IMG/VR virus record: IMGVR_UViG_3300044820_000106
Coordinates: 1 to 54,796 of that record
DNA length: 54,796 nt
DNA from: a virus
Lineage: Duplodnaviria > Caudoviricetes
Direction: 5' to 3' (one strand)
Shown: piece after piece, positions 48,301 through 54,796 of the stretch
How positions within the stretch are numbered: the first letter of the stretch is position 1
Layout: each line of letters begins with the position of its first letter
Made by a program: the position numbers and the translations under genes
Notes under the pieces: model-generated
What the model saw: only the letters and a program-made list of their open reading frames with translations
Databases searched by the model: none
Told to the model about the DNA's origin: nothing

Positions 48301-50107
48301 AGGTTGGTCTCGCGTGAACGATCACACGTTCGACACGTACATCGTGCCCGACCAGATCGCGCGCGACCTCAACAACTACCTCGACCCCGGGCTTAACCGG
48401 TTCGCCGCGTGGCGCGGCTTCCGCTGGATGCAGAATTTCCTGCTGACCTCGCGACTCGGCCTGTCGGCGTTCCACGCCGGCATGACGACGCTCGACTCGC
48501 TCTCGAGCCACATGGATCTCGCGTGGCGCGGCGCGCTGCGCGGCGACCTCGGCGGCTCCCTGCGTCAGCTCGGGCATGCCGCGCTCGCGCCTGTGACGGC
48601 CGTACGCGAGCTTGCCGGCAAGGGCGAGGGCAGCAAGCTGCTTCGCCAGTGGTACGGCAAGGCCGCGATGGACGTGCACACCGAGGCGATTCTGCGCGCG
48701 CTCACCGAGGGCGGCGCGAATGCGAAGATGAGCGCGACCGACTACAACAACAGCCTGCACCAGTTCACCCGGGCGTGGAGCCAGCGCGACCTGAAAAACC
48801 TGACGTACACGTCGGTGCCGGCCGCGATGGAAGCCACGACCGCGCTGATCGCGCACCGGCTCGTCCCGGCGCAGAAGATGATCGCGCGCGTGCACCTGCT
48901 GAAGTTCGAACTGGACCGCATCGCCGGCCAGCTCGGCACGGCGAAGGGCGACTACGCCGACACGATCGCGAAGATGAACACCGACACGCTGCGTCAGGTC
49001 GCGTATCGCGTGAACGCCGACGTCGACGATCGCCTCGGCCAGTTCAACTACAACAACCTATTCTGGAATAAAACGTTCCGCGACGCGCTGCACGCGTCGG
49101 TGCAGTCGGTCGGCTGGAACTTCGGCACCCTGCGCCTGCTCCTCGCGGGCGGCGCCGACGCGCGCGACATCGTCAAGGGCGGCAAGGACTACGTCGCGCC
49201 GCTCGACAAGGCCGGCAACATCACCGACAAGAAGATGAGCCGGCTCACGAACCGGCTGGGCTACCTGATCACGCTCAACGCGGTCGTCGCCTCGCTCGGC
49301 GCGATGACGCAGTACGCGCTCACGGGCAAGGGTCCCGAGGAAATCCGCGACTACTTCTTCCCGAAGACCGGCCGCAAAAACAACGACGATACCGACGAGC
49401 GTCTGTCGTTCCCGTCGTACGTGAAGGACGAATGGGAATTCCGCCACCACCCGATCACGACGCTGCAGCACAAGCTGCACCCGTCGCTGTCGATGATGGC
49501 CGAGCTGTACAACAACAAGGACTTCTACGGCAACCAGATCTACGATCCGGAAGCGAACATCCCCGAAGAGGCCAAGCAGTTCATGACCTACCTCGGCAAG
49601 AGCATGCTGCCGTATTCGGTCACGGGCGCGGCCAAGAACGCGTCGACCGGCAAGTCGACCGCGATGACGATCGCGCCGTTCTTCGGCGTCACGCCCGCGC
49701 CGGGCTCGGTCACGAAGTCGGAATTCCAGCAGTACGTCGCCGATCGCCACTTCGGCCAGCAGAGCAACGAGGGCCGCTCGGTGAAGAGTGCCGAGTCGAG
49801 CCACGCGTTCAGCGACGCGCTGCAGGCGATGCGTCTGGGTCAGCCGGTCGACAAGACGCAGTTCTCGAGGGGCCAGCTCGAGGCGATGCAGCGGATGATC
49901 AGGACGCCGATGCCGCAGTCGTATTTCGGCAAGCTGCCGTTCGATCAGCAGATGCACGCGCTCGAGATCGCGACGCCGCTCGAGCGTCAGAAGTACGGGC
50001 TCGAGCGCACGATGCGCAAGGGCCTGTCGAGCTACCTGTCGAAGCTGCCGCCGTCGCAGCGCGCCGAGGTGCGCGACAAATTCAACGAACTGGTATCGAA
50101 CCGCTAA
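42371..50107 (+). CDS. Giant polyvalent virion/ejection protein: ParB-like, RelA/SpoT-like nucleotidyltransferase, zincin peptidase, HhH-glycosylase-like and helical C-terminal domains
   Basis: YTVLDGNGTYNAA (about 44020-44260); IKGVARTAEK, RDIVRG, GYRD, EIQI, HKLYK (about 44340-44860); LHEAGH (about 45435); GWY, ALSPQ, GPKVNSF, VTNDAW, EVQETVW (about 46560-47250). Confidence 0.88.
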   Translation: MADNGLPPLPDGATLDTHDSLPPLPSGASLDSAPAKPRARGALDTLSDLGQSAYGAAQHGLGSIVRGVGEYTGLNGVRDVGKGMAESGTINQETTSPEFRAETSKGLLDSGGFTGTNVARKSLDSLGEMFAPVAASAITGPAAAPVGAALFGAQGRGAGAEEGEKQVAAMKDEQLAAVPRYQELLKSGLDPAAARAQLSDEVASRVGNVQGAFGAALGLAGKIPGISQLSSAVGSKLVQPLARGLGGELARPVARTLGEAAGQGVAFPAINAAGSVVGNVTNPIDTDPGQGALESAASGVIPGIVTGLTHGLLNERAMGARTRKALSDLPPPAAPPAPLQLGYEPDYTVDSQGRAIYNKGDRNLGRPLGGKGMEEQAPTPVTGFAGMGTLSGQTPAESALSYLRDLHASTPPGGAVSDDTQAAIARTTAMAKAAGASDEDIAAAHSTPPTPADVERAQGKPVGPIAGALEAVPESTIESQAVEANTPEPTPEEQKAAAAAAPFKSNYLDGAPARAEGEDDKAYVNRVVRNLPTPTAEHLPDDPSLYFNEQDSHREPINNLKPSRPQDLLDQRQGPAKIMASAAAGAIAKREPLSVRQEADGSYTVLDGNGTYNAAKNAGFKELPIRVDQVAAEDGWRDAIAAHKDLTPDAKNGLIAKFEEAEAVKPVFDRTLVDLTHELGLPDPKLAPIKGVARTAEKTATEYDNDPSRMRDIVRGTITANTPEQAKSLIDTLRQRFKVTAVKDSISPGTEPRGATGYRDANLTVEINGHPTEIQISTPEMLAAKKLGHKLYKEQRAIEAQAKLEKRPLNDDEQAQVTRLAQQQTKLYADAYAGARGAESNPAALKADSRSPGDVNSDVPPVLDNGESRLTGQDLPPSKPSMSTPSPKPEGLNASKPTASSEKNRVPAGSERGSAERGSNDIGKSSEGSVPQNTDDKLSVASSGGIIPPVRGGKNEPAHVERLRNSLFKDSKIGNALRRLELSGGLRIVDEPSNVYSGKFENGKLILNAPYLNDRTALGVALHEAGHAEKAGGSLRAFVGHGEFDKLTARLDEIKKAGGRDADLVRKAEARVEKAGTKPEHAAEERLMYFIEEARNAETGGTISDKVRGTLRQIYASIKAALYNSPLGKYLKKAGIELNASDYVALAEAAVRRQANESMRANGLTPEPLYSKGATSEKRTDAGRGSDAAGARGVSEVGKGQGKGWNEKPVHPSAIAVDAVHYSTQAGLTKLLGRKYGTNHAGAERARVSDGGIANRVYFYPKDSPLAARGESMVGRAAKYEQRLNNMYDMRTDPLDLRDKADAAEKRGKDWNNALDKAVVDAGFDGFRTHDMAVVLGSKNGVDVSAPKYSKPTKETVAEVLGERAKYLTSDEFAKQRVGTAKKLVELMSKLPDAKEMASVALAGKAKRGWYKDSADAILSTFGTKDAPRFAALLSALSPQTSVENNLLNALHTWKNWDAAGRPTDKAAIVRVLGKSVQGNKGEDSVLGAWINNSVRALGDPDPSKTTLSGPKVNSFMNNLRGVVDEVTNDAWMANYALVDQTMFSGSLLPGSNDPGKRPGYVAMSARTREAAAHLTKITGEKWTPAEVQETVWSWAKTAYELASKTGESVADLVKSGKITDDLIKSTPAFGELFNADQYRSILESAGLNPTRGADHAASGQAEPRAAGEAKAAADVAPKAKHLQQAAGRLDALRAQRASAEAKFSIPDTVGIAYPGDIGKEKDRIAQRLFEQPYRQLAPDDRELVDQAHQTSSAEANRMYSVPAVATPARAQQTGSNLKDAMAKMREIGRGIIRSSLAIQDRAIGTADAALEGWRTAFDKRARSILNDPKLALAPVIDYQNGRPVDARVKPFFDTMSNMLDKQVAEIHSFGKGYLEGLIENYYPQQWKDPARAEDFYKTFLGKRPIAGDKSFMKERVFKDYEAGIDAGFEPVSHNPVDMLMARYQSGEKLLTSLRIMKEMEDRGLAKKLANDERVPKGWSRVNDHTFDTYIVPDQIARDLNNYLDPGLNRFAAWRGFRWMQNFLLTSRLGLSAFHAGMTTLDSLSSHMDLAWRGALRGDLGGSLRQLGHAALAPVTAVRELAGKGEGSKLLRQWYGKAAMDVHTEAILRALTEGGANAKMSATDYNNSLHQFTRAWSQRDLKNLTYTSVPAAMEATTALIAHRLVPAQKMIARVHLLKFELDRIAGQLGTAKGDYADTIAKMNTDTLRQVAYRVNADVDDRLGQFNYNNLFWNKTFRDALHASVQSVGWNFGTLRLLLAGGADARDIVKGGKDYVAPLDKAGNITDKKMSRLTNRLGYLITLNAVVASLGAMTQYALTGKGPEEIRDYFFPKTGRKNNDDTDERLSFPSYVKDEWEFRHHPITTLQHKLHPSLSMMAELYNNKDFYGNQIYDPEANIPEEAKQFMTYLGKSMLPYSVTGAAKNASTGKSTAMTIAPFFGVTPAPGSVTKSEFQQYVADRHFGQQSNEGRSVKSAESSHAFSDALQAMRLGQPVDKTQFSRGQLEAMQRMIRTPMPQSYFGKLPFDQQMHALEIATPLERQKYGLERTMRKGLSSYLSKLPPSQRAEVRDKFNELVSNR
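44863..45135 (-). CDS. Nested antisense gene (90 aa) directly after the RelA/SpoT domain; candidate antitoxin
   Basis: AGAGGA RBS 7 nt before ATG; upstream extended -10; host frame becomes Ser/Pro-rich with TCG/CCG/TTG codons. Confidence 0.65.
   Translation of the reverse strand: MSFDPRSADPRSLPAGTRFFSDDAVGLLAFNPSGFGDGVDMLGFEGGKSWPVKRDSPLSKTGGTSELTSPGERESAFKAAGFDSAPRAPA
45155..45180 (-). promoter_or_regulatory. Intragenic promoter with early-type operator
   Basis: TGTGG-TACACT extended -10 and TATCATCGGTA (45169-45179) in an AT-rich island. Confidence 0.6.
45897..46055 (+). CDS. Nested +1-frame gene (52 aa) after the zincin domain
   Basis: AAGGGAG RBS then GTG; MKNEPTQDEDLMLPAHEAYLKWAKGKG...; GC3 bias switches to the +1 frame. 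Confidence 0.6.
   Translation: MKNEPTQDEDLMLPAHEAYLKWAKGKGRDGTKSPSTPAPSPSTPSTTQPKQD
47274..47450 (+). CDS. Nested +1-frame gene (58 aa) after the glycosylase-like domain
   Basis: GGAGAG RBS then ATG; MQTNTDPSSSPQDSTQLAVQIMQRADKPNPALQAKQKRLLTLLRKQ...; GC3 bias switches to the +1 frame. Confidence 0.6.
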   Translation: MQTNTDPSSSPQDSTQLAVQIMQRADKPNPALQAKQKRLLTLLRKQSTSSKPPAASTL

Positions 50108-50241
50108 AGTCTACGGCGCCGCGCCTGCAACAGGCGCGAGCAACCCCACACGGCGCCGCAGACCAATCCCCAGAGCAACACCCAGTACCCACCATAGCCG
50201 AGCACGATCGGCACCATGATCGCCGCGAGGACCGCGTACAT
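50104..50241 (-). CDS. 45-aa membrane peptide
   Basis: Below cutoff; TGATG-coupled to rtcB; MYAVLAAIMVPIVLGYGGYWVLLWGLVCGAVWGCSRLLQARRRRL. Confidence 0.6.
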   Translation of the reverse strand: MYAVLAAIMVPIVLGYGGYWVLLWGLVCGAVWGCSRLLQARRRRL

Positions 50242-51455
50242 CACCCTTTTACGCAGACGACTTGCTTGAGCGTGTGCACGACCTCGACCAGATCTTCCTG
50301 CGCGGCCATCACGGCGTCGATATCCTTGTACGCGGCCGGCGTCTCGTCAAGCACGCCCTCGTCCTTGCGGCACTCGACGCCCGCCGTTGCGGTCGCGTGA
50401 TCCTCGAGCGTGAACTTGCGCTTCGCCTCGCCTCGTGACATCGCGCGCCCGGCGCCGTGCGAGCACGAGTGAAACGAATCGCGGTTGCCCTTACCGCGGA
50501 CGATGAACGACTTCGCGCCCATGCTGCCGGGGATGATGCCCAGCTCGCCCGCGGCCGCGCTCACCGCGCCCTTGCGGGTGACGTGCACACGCTCGCCGAA
50601 GTGCTTCTCTTCGGAGATGTAGTTGTGGTGGCAGTTCACCGCGGACTCTTCTGCGACGAAGACCTTGCGCACGGTCGCCGCGAGCGCATTCATTGCGGCG
50701 TCCATCATCTCCTCGCGGTTCGCGCGCGCGAAGCGCTGTGCCCACGCAACGGCTCTGCGATAGTCGTCGTAGTTCTTCGTGCCCTCCGGCAAATAGGCAA
50801 GGTCTTCGTCAGGCAGATTGATGAACCACCTGCGCATATCTTCCTTGGCGCGCTCGATGAAGTACGAGCCGATTCGGTTGCCGATGCCGCGCGATCCGGA
50901 GTGCAGCATCACCCAGACCCGCTGCTCTTCGTCTAGGCAGACCTCGACAAAATGGTTGCCCGTGCCGAGCGTGCCAAGTTGATGGCCAGCGCGGTCAGCG
51001 GCTTTCGATATCGACGGGTGCATCATGACGATGTCATCGAGATCTGCGATCAGATCTCCGGTGTTGACACTCCACTTCGAGACTCTCCACGCGCCGCGAT
51101 CGTTCACGCCGCCGTTGTCGGTCCTGCCGTGCGGGATCGCCTTTTCGATCGCGGTGCGAAGACCGAGCAGGTTGTCCGGCAAGTCGGAAGCGGTCAGCGT
51201 CGTGCGCAAGGCCATCATGCCGCAGCCGATGTCGACGCCCACGGCCGCTGGGATAATCGCGCCCTTCGTCGCGATCACGCTGCCGACGGTCGCGCCCATA
51301 CCCCAGTGCACGTCCGGCATCGCGGCCACGTGCCGGTGGATGAACGGCATGTTCGCAAGGTTGAGCAGCTGCTGCTTGGCCGAATCCTCGACCTGTACGC
51401 CGCGCGTCCACGCCTTGATCGGCAGCCGGGCGCCATCGAAAATTTCAAACGACAT
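50241..51455 (-). CDS. rtcB: RtcB RNA ligase
   Basis: MPDVH, VGVDIGCGM, LGTLGTGNHF, HSGSRG, HHNY, IPGSMG, SCSHGAGR, DETPAAYK. Confidence 0.97.
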   Translation of the reverse strand: MSFEIFDGARLPIKAWTRGVQVEDSAKQQLLNLANMPFIHRHVAAMPDVHWGMGATVGSVIATKGAIIPAAVGVDIGCGMMALRTTLTASDLPDNLLGLRTAIEKAIPHGRTDNGGVNDRGAWRVSKWSVNTGDLIADLDDIVMMHPSISKAADRAGHQLGTLGTGNHFVEVCLDEEQRVWVMLHSGSRGIGNRIGSYFIERAKEDMRRWFINLPDEDLAYLPEGTKNYDDYRRAVAWAQRFARANREEMMDAAMNALAATVRKVFVAEESAVNCHHNYISEEKHFGERVHVTRKGAVSAAAGELGIIPGSMGAKSFIVRGKGNRDSFHSCSHGAGRAMSRGEAKRKFTLEDHATATAGVECRKDEGVLDETPAAYKDIDAVMAAQEDLVEVVHTLKQVVCVKG

Positions 51456-51540
51456 CGACCTTCTCCTCGAACCTACTGCGCGACGAATCCTTGGGGAAGG
51501 ACTGCGCGGCCTACCTGCCGCGCATCAGGGGATCGAACGA

Positions 51541-51569
51541 ACAGTACCACTGATAACATCACTTCACAA
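51541..51569 (-). promoter_or_regulatory. Promoter for rtcB with operator-like TGATGTTATCA
   Basis: TTGTGA-17bp-TACTGT with extended TG. Confidence 0.6.
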
Positions 51570-51807
51570 GTGTGATGAGGATCGATTCGTTGCCTTCCTG
51601 ATACTGCCCGGTGATGTTCTGCAGGTGTCCGTGAATCGTGCCCGGCGCGCCCGTGTTCGGGTCGACGTACTTCACTGTGACCGACACCATCTGCGGCGTC
51701 TTCGTCGTGTGCGTCCACGACGTCTGCGCGAACGTGAGTCCCGCGAACGTCGTCGCGAATGACATCGCGGCCGCGAACGACAGAAGTTTAATCTGGTACA
51801 TTTGCAT
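51559..51807 (-). CDS. Small exported protein
   Basis: AAGGAG RBS; signal peptide ending ...LTFA-QT. Confidence 0.7.
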   Translation of the reverse strand: MQMYQIKLLSFAAAMSFATTFAGLTFAQTSWTHTTKTPQMVSVTVKYVDPNTGAPGTIHGHLQNITGQYQEGNESILITLVK

Positions 51808-51818
51808 TTGTATACTCC

Positions 51819-52304
51819 TTATGCGGCCCTGCTGCGCAACATGCTTCGTAGCGACGTGACGCCCGTCATCAGGAGTTCGTCAAGCCACGATCCAGAGAGG
51901 CGAATCGCGGCCTCGAGTACGCGGCGGTGCGTGACGATCATCCACGCATAGTCGTCTAGATCTCGAGACGTATGCCGTGAGCCCGCCAGCTCGCGCACCG
52001 CAAGCGCGCACGACAGGCGTGAAAGTGTTTTCGTTTGCCGATCCTGATGCGGATCTACGCTGCCGCAAAATGATTCCCACGCCTTGCGCAACGGCACCTC
52101 GTGCATCAGGGTGCGGCCGTAGTGCGTCTCCATGGCCATGACCGGCAGTTGTCCCGCGCTGCCGCAGACCTTGCCGAGCGCGTGCGCGACGTCGGAATGG
52201 TTGAGCTGAAGCGACCCGCCGATGCCGTCGCGGATATCGCGATAGCCGGCCTTGCCGAAGATCTCGGCCACCCGCTCTTCGATCGGCTTGAGCTTGCTGT
52301 TCAT
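51819..52304 (-). CDS. Putative Q-like late regulator/antiterminator
   Basis: Last gene of nin-like block after rusA; LNHSDVAHALG; function inferred from position. Confidence 0.5.
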   Translation of the reverse strand: MNSKLKPIEERVAEIFGKAGYRDIRDGIGGSLQLNHSDVAHALGKVCGSAGQLPVMAMETHYGRTLMHEVPLRKAWESFCGSVDPHQDRQTKTLSRLSCALAVRELAGSRHTSRDLDDYAWMIVTHRRVLEAAIRLSGSWLDELLMTGVTSLRSMLRSRAA

Positions 52305-52552
52305 GTCGGGCGCTTCCGAAGGAAAGGGGCAGGCTGCCGCGCCCATCCGTTTTTCTTTCCCTTGAGCGCTCCCGCTCGCTGCGCGGCGCGGGGATTGTAC
52401 GTCAGCATCGCCTGCGCCGTGCAGCGGCCTTGCTCGAGGTGCATCTTGATCGAGCCGTTATCCAGACGCGGCACGCGCTTGCGGATCTCGGAGAGCGTCA
52501 TCATGGCGCCTTCGAATTCGTACTTCTTCCCCGGCGGCCGCCCCGTTCTCAC
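52301..52552 (-). CDS. Small basic hypothetical protein
   Basis: Coupled ORF; YEFEGAMMTLSEI. Confidence 0.6.
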   Translation of the reverse strand: MRTGRPPGKKYEFEGAMMTLSEIRKRVPRLDNGSIKMHLEQGRCTAQAMLTYNPRAAQRAGALKGKKNGWARQPAPFLRKRPT

Positions 52553-52959
52553 ATGTCCTCCAGTTCCCCGGTGATCTCGCGCACGATCGCACGGATCTTG
52601 CCGTGCCCGGGCTTGCAGCGCACGACCGTGTGCACGTCGATCTGGCTGTCGTTCGCGAGCAGGGCGAGCTTCTGCAGCGCGTCGAACGCGGCCTTGACCC
52701 GGTTGTCGGTGTCGTAAAGCCGGCCATCAGGCGCCGACAGCCGCAGCTCGACGGCGACCCGCCCGGCTACCTGCGGGAACGGCGCACGCATCTGCAGGTA
52801 CAGCGCACCCTTCACGTCCTCGTAGAACGCCTTGGCGGCCTCGCTGAGGCACTGCGACGGCACGCGCTTGCCGGTCTTGCTGTTCTTCGGCACGCGCATC
52901 GTGGCGCGCCACAGGCGGTTTGCCGAGGGCGGCCACGGCAGGATGATCTCAAACCCCAT
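52549..52959 (-). CDS. rusA: RusA Holliday junction resolvase
   Basis: LPWPPSANRLWR, DTDNRVKAAFDAL, NDSQI. Confidence 0.92.
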   Translation of the reverse strand: MGFEIILPWPPSANRLWRATMRVPKNSKTGKRVPSQCLSEAAKAFYEDVKGALYLQMRAPFPQVAGRVAVELRLSAPDGRLYDTDNRVKAAFDALQKLALLANDSQIDVHTVVRCKPGHGKIRAIVREITGELEDM

Positions 52960-53206
52960 ACAACCTCTCGAGTGTCTGGTTGACCGCGGGCCACTCGTCG
53001 GTCCACTTCCTGATCCGCCACATCGGGCCGAACAGGTTCACGTGGCACGAGCGGCACAATGGTATCGCGCAGAACCACAGGCCCTGTCGCGGCTCGTGCG
53101 CGTCGCTCGGCGGTGACGCGTCGCAGACGGCGCACGGCGTCATCTTGACACGCTCGACGTGCGCGCGCTCGGCGGCCGTCATCGGCTTTTTATTCTTTGA
53201 GTGCAA
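52949..53206 (-). CDS. Ref/DUF968-like HNH zinc-finger protein
   Basis: PCAVC...DAHE...IPLCRSCH. Confidence 0.75.
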   Translation of the reverse strand: MHSKNKKPMTAAERAHVERVKMTPCAVCDASPPSDAHEPRQGLWFCAIPLCRSCHVNLFGPMWRIRKWTDEWPAVNQTLERLYGV

Positions 53207-53390
53207 AGGCTACTTCCAGCGGCGTCATGTCCATCTCGCGTGTGACCCAGTCCAAGCCGTAACCGTCGACAAACGAGTACGTGCCGCGCGGTGTCTGCCA
53301 CACTACGTTTCCCTCCCGGTCCTTGACGACCGAGCTACCGTCGGCGCGGATCGTTTCGACCAAGCGAACGGTGTCGTCGGTGTGCTTCAT
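53190..53390 (-). CDS. Hypothetical protein
   Basis: ATGA-coupled; MKHTDDTVRLV. Confidence 0.55.
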   Translation of the reverse strand: MKHTDDTVRLVETIRADGSSVVKDREGNVVWQTPRGTYSFVDGYGLDWVTREMDMTPLEVAFALKE

Positions 53391-53833
53391 AGTTCGCGGG
53401 TCTCTTTCCAGAGCGGTGATGGGTCGGGAATGTAGTGGCCGCCGCCGGCCGCTTCGCGCTGCACGCGATCGAAGAATTCGGCGAACTCCACGGTGCCGAT
53501 CACGTCGCGCGCGCCGCGCTCGTTGGTCGTCGTCGTGCGCCGCGGCTTGGTCTTCCGGCTGCCGTCGAGCATGCCCAGCTCGACGACACCGAAGTGGCGA
53601 CCGCAAAAGTACTCGTGCCAGTCTTCCTTGTCGATCCCGGTGGCCTTCTCGAGGATCGGGTAGGCCAGACCGAAGAGCGCCTTGTTCTGCTTGGTGGTGC
53701 GTTCCTTGACGTGCGGGCCGATCTCGATTTCCCACGACTTGTTCGCCGGCAAGCTGGTCGCGAACGCGATCAGGTTCTGCAGAATTTGCGGGCGATCCGC
53801 GTCGTCTTTTCTCAATACGAATGTGCTGCTCAT
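53387..53833 (-). CDS. NinB/YbcN-like recombination protein
   Basis: ERTTKQNKALF, EDWHEYF, EFAEFFDRV. Confidence 0.8.
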   Translation of the reverse strand: MSSTFVLRKDDADRPQILQNLIAFATSLPANKSWEIEIGPHVKERTTKQNKALFGLAYPILEKATGIDKEDWHEYFCGRHFGVVELGMLDGSRKTKPRRTTTTNERGARDVIGTVEFAEFFDRVQREAAGGGHYIPDPSPLWKETREL

Positions 53834-53840
53834 CGTGGTA

Positions 53841-54062
53841 TTACCCTGAAGATTCGCGATGGGAGCGGGGTGCCGGGATAAGACTTAGCTGTGGTGCGCT
53901 TCCACGGATGACCTGAAGGCGCTGGCGCATAGTGTCGAGGTACGCGCGGCACTCGTCCCGGCATGTCGCCGGGACAAGGCGAAGAGCTTCGTCCCACTTC
54001 TCCGGCGGCAGGAACCGCTGGATTTTTGTTGCGTGACGCAGGCATGTCGTTACTCCGGTCAC
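53841..54062 (-). CDS. Hypothetical protein
   Basis: GTGA-coupled; GC3 bias favours this frame over 53830..54045. Confidence 0.5.
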   Translation of the reverse strand: MTGVTTCLRHATKIQRFLPPEKWDEALRLVPATCRDECRAYLDTMRQRLQVIRGSAPQLSLIPAPRSHRESSG

Positions 54063-54190
54063 GTGATCGTCGTCGTCAGCACGAGCGACATGCCCACGCA
54101 CATGAGCGCGAGCCCGGGATGCCTGTGCTCGGCCAAGAAAAGGGCAGAGACGATCAAGCACAGTTGAACAATGATGGCAAAAAGAATCAC
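54059..54190 (-). CDS. Small two-TM peptide
   Basis: AAGGAG RBS; MILFAIIVQLCLIVSALFL... Confidence 0.55.
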   Translation of the reverse strand: MILFAIIVQLCLIVSALFLAEHRHPGLALMCVGMSLVLTTTIT

Positions 54191-54493
54191 CTATTTCTCC
54201 TTGTTGGGAAGAGTGTCGTATAACTTTGCCTTTTCGATGTGATCGATCAGCTGAGGCAGTATGTCCGCCAGACGCGGATCTTTCGCTGCGGCGTCACCGT
54301 TCATGCGCATGTCGAGCAAGCGCACGCCCGCGCTGATGTCGCGCGCCGCGATCCACGTGCCGTGCTTCGGGCACGTGCACGTGTCCCGATCCTCAAGCAC
54401 GTCAAGCGCAACGAGCACGTTCGACTGAGCCGGCCGACCTTTGTCACGAAGGCATCGAATCGCGAGGTCGATTTTTTCCTGCAGTGTAAGCAC
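54191..54493 (-). CDS. Hypothetical protein
   Basis: AAGGAG RBS before GTG 54493. Confidence 0.6.
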   Translation of the reverse strand: MLTLQEKIDLAIRCLRDKGRPAQSNVLVALDVLEDRDTCTCPKHGTWIAARDISAGVRLLDMRMNGDAAAKDPRLADILPQLIDHIEKAKLYDTLPNKEK

Positions 54494-54795
54494 TACTTCA
54501 CTCCTTGCTTGGCGAGAATTGCTTCGAGTTCGTCGAGCCATTCGCCGAGCTCCCGGTCGTCGTAAGCGTGACCCAAGCGGTCTGGTATCGCCGCGCGCAT
54601 TCTGGCGATCAACGCCCGCAACTCTGCCGGCGCGGAACTACTATCCCCTGTGGCGGGTTGCTTGGCTAGGGCGGCTTCGAGTTCATTGGCGAATGCGTTA
54701 GCGACGAGAGCTACGCTAATGTTCGCGCCAGCTGCTTCGTGCCGCCACTTCGACACCAGCGCCTGCAACCCCGGCGCCTGTGCGGGCGGGGATGG
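54493..54795 (-). CDS. Hypothetical protein (5' end outside window)
   Basis: Frame open to the window edge. Confidence 0.55.
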   Translation of the reverse strand, partial: PSPPAQAPGLQALVSKWRHEAAGANISVALVANAFANELEAALAKQPATGDSSSAPAELRALIARMRAAIPDRLGHAYDDRELGEWLDELEAILAKQGVK

Positions 54796-54796
54796 G

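Noticed and set aside
1-54796. CRISPR array, reverse transcriptase/DGR, integrase, transposase
   Set aside because: No repeat-spacer array, YxDD RT motif or recombinase/transposase motif recognised by eye; the genome segment outside the window is unseen.

Overview
This window holds most of a GC-rich tailed dsDNA phage genome, cut inside ssb at the left edge and inside a small nin-region-like gene at the right. Layout: a leftward early arm (small genes, DUF932, RecT, YqaJ exonuclease, SSB) under repeated sigma70-type promoters; a rightward arm with a Cro-like regulator, replication initiator with iterons, helicase loader, lysis cassette, tRNA-Asn, terminases, portal, scaffold, capsid, head/tail proteins and ejection-type proteins; then a convergent leftward block (RtcB, Q-like protein, RusA, NinB-like). 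No integrase, CI repressor, tape measure or sheath gene was recognised, which suggests a podovirus-like and possibly lytic phage. The SSB looks gammaproteobacterial (Xanthomonadales-like; inference). The most notable feature is the 2578-aa polyvalent virion protein (ParB-like, RelA/SpoT-like, HExxH zincin and HhH-glycosylase-like domains). Three of its inter-domain linkers each appear to hide a small overprinted gene with its own RBS: one antisense with an internal promoter and early-type operator, and two in the +1 frame. This is a candidate nested effector/immunity system. All assignments are by-eye motif recognition; no searches were run.
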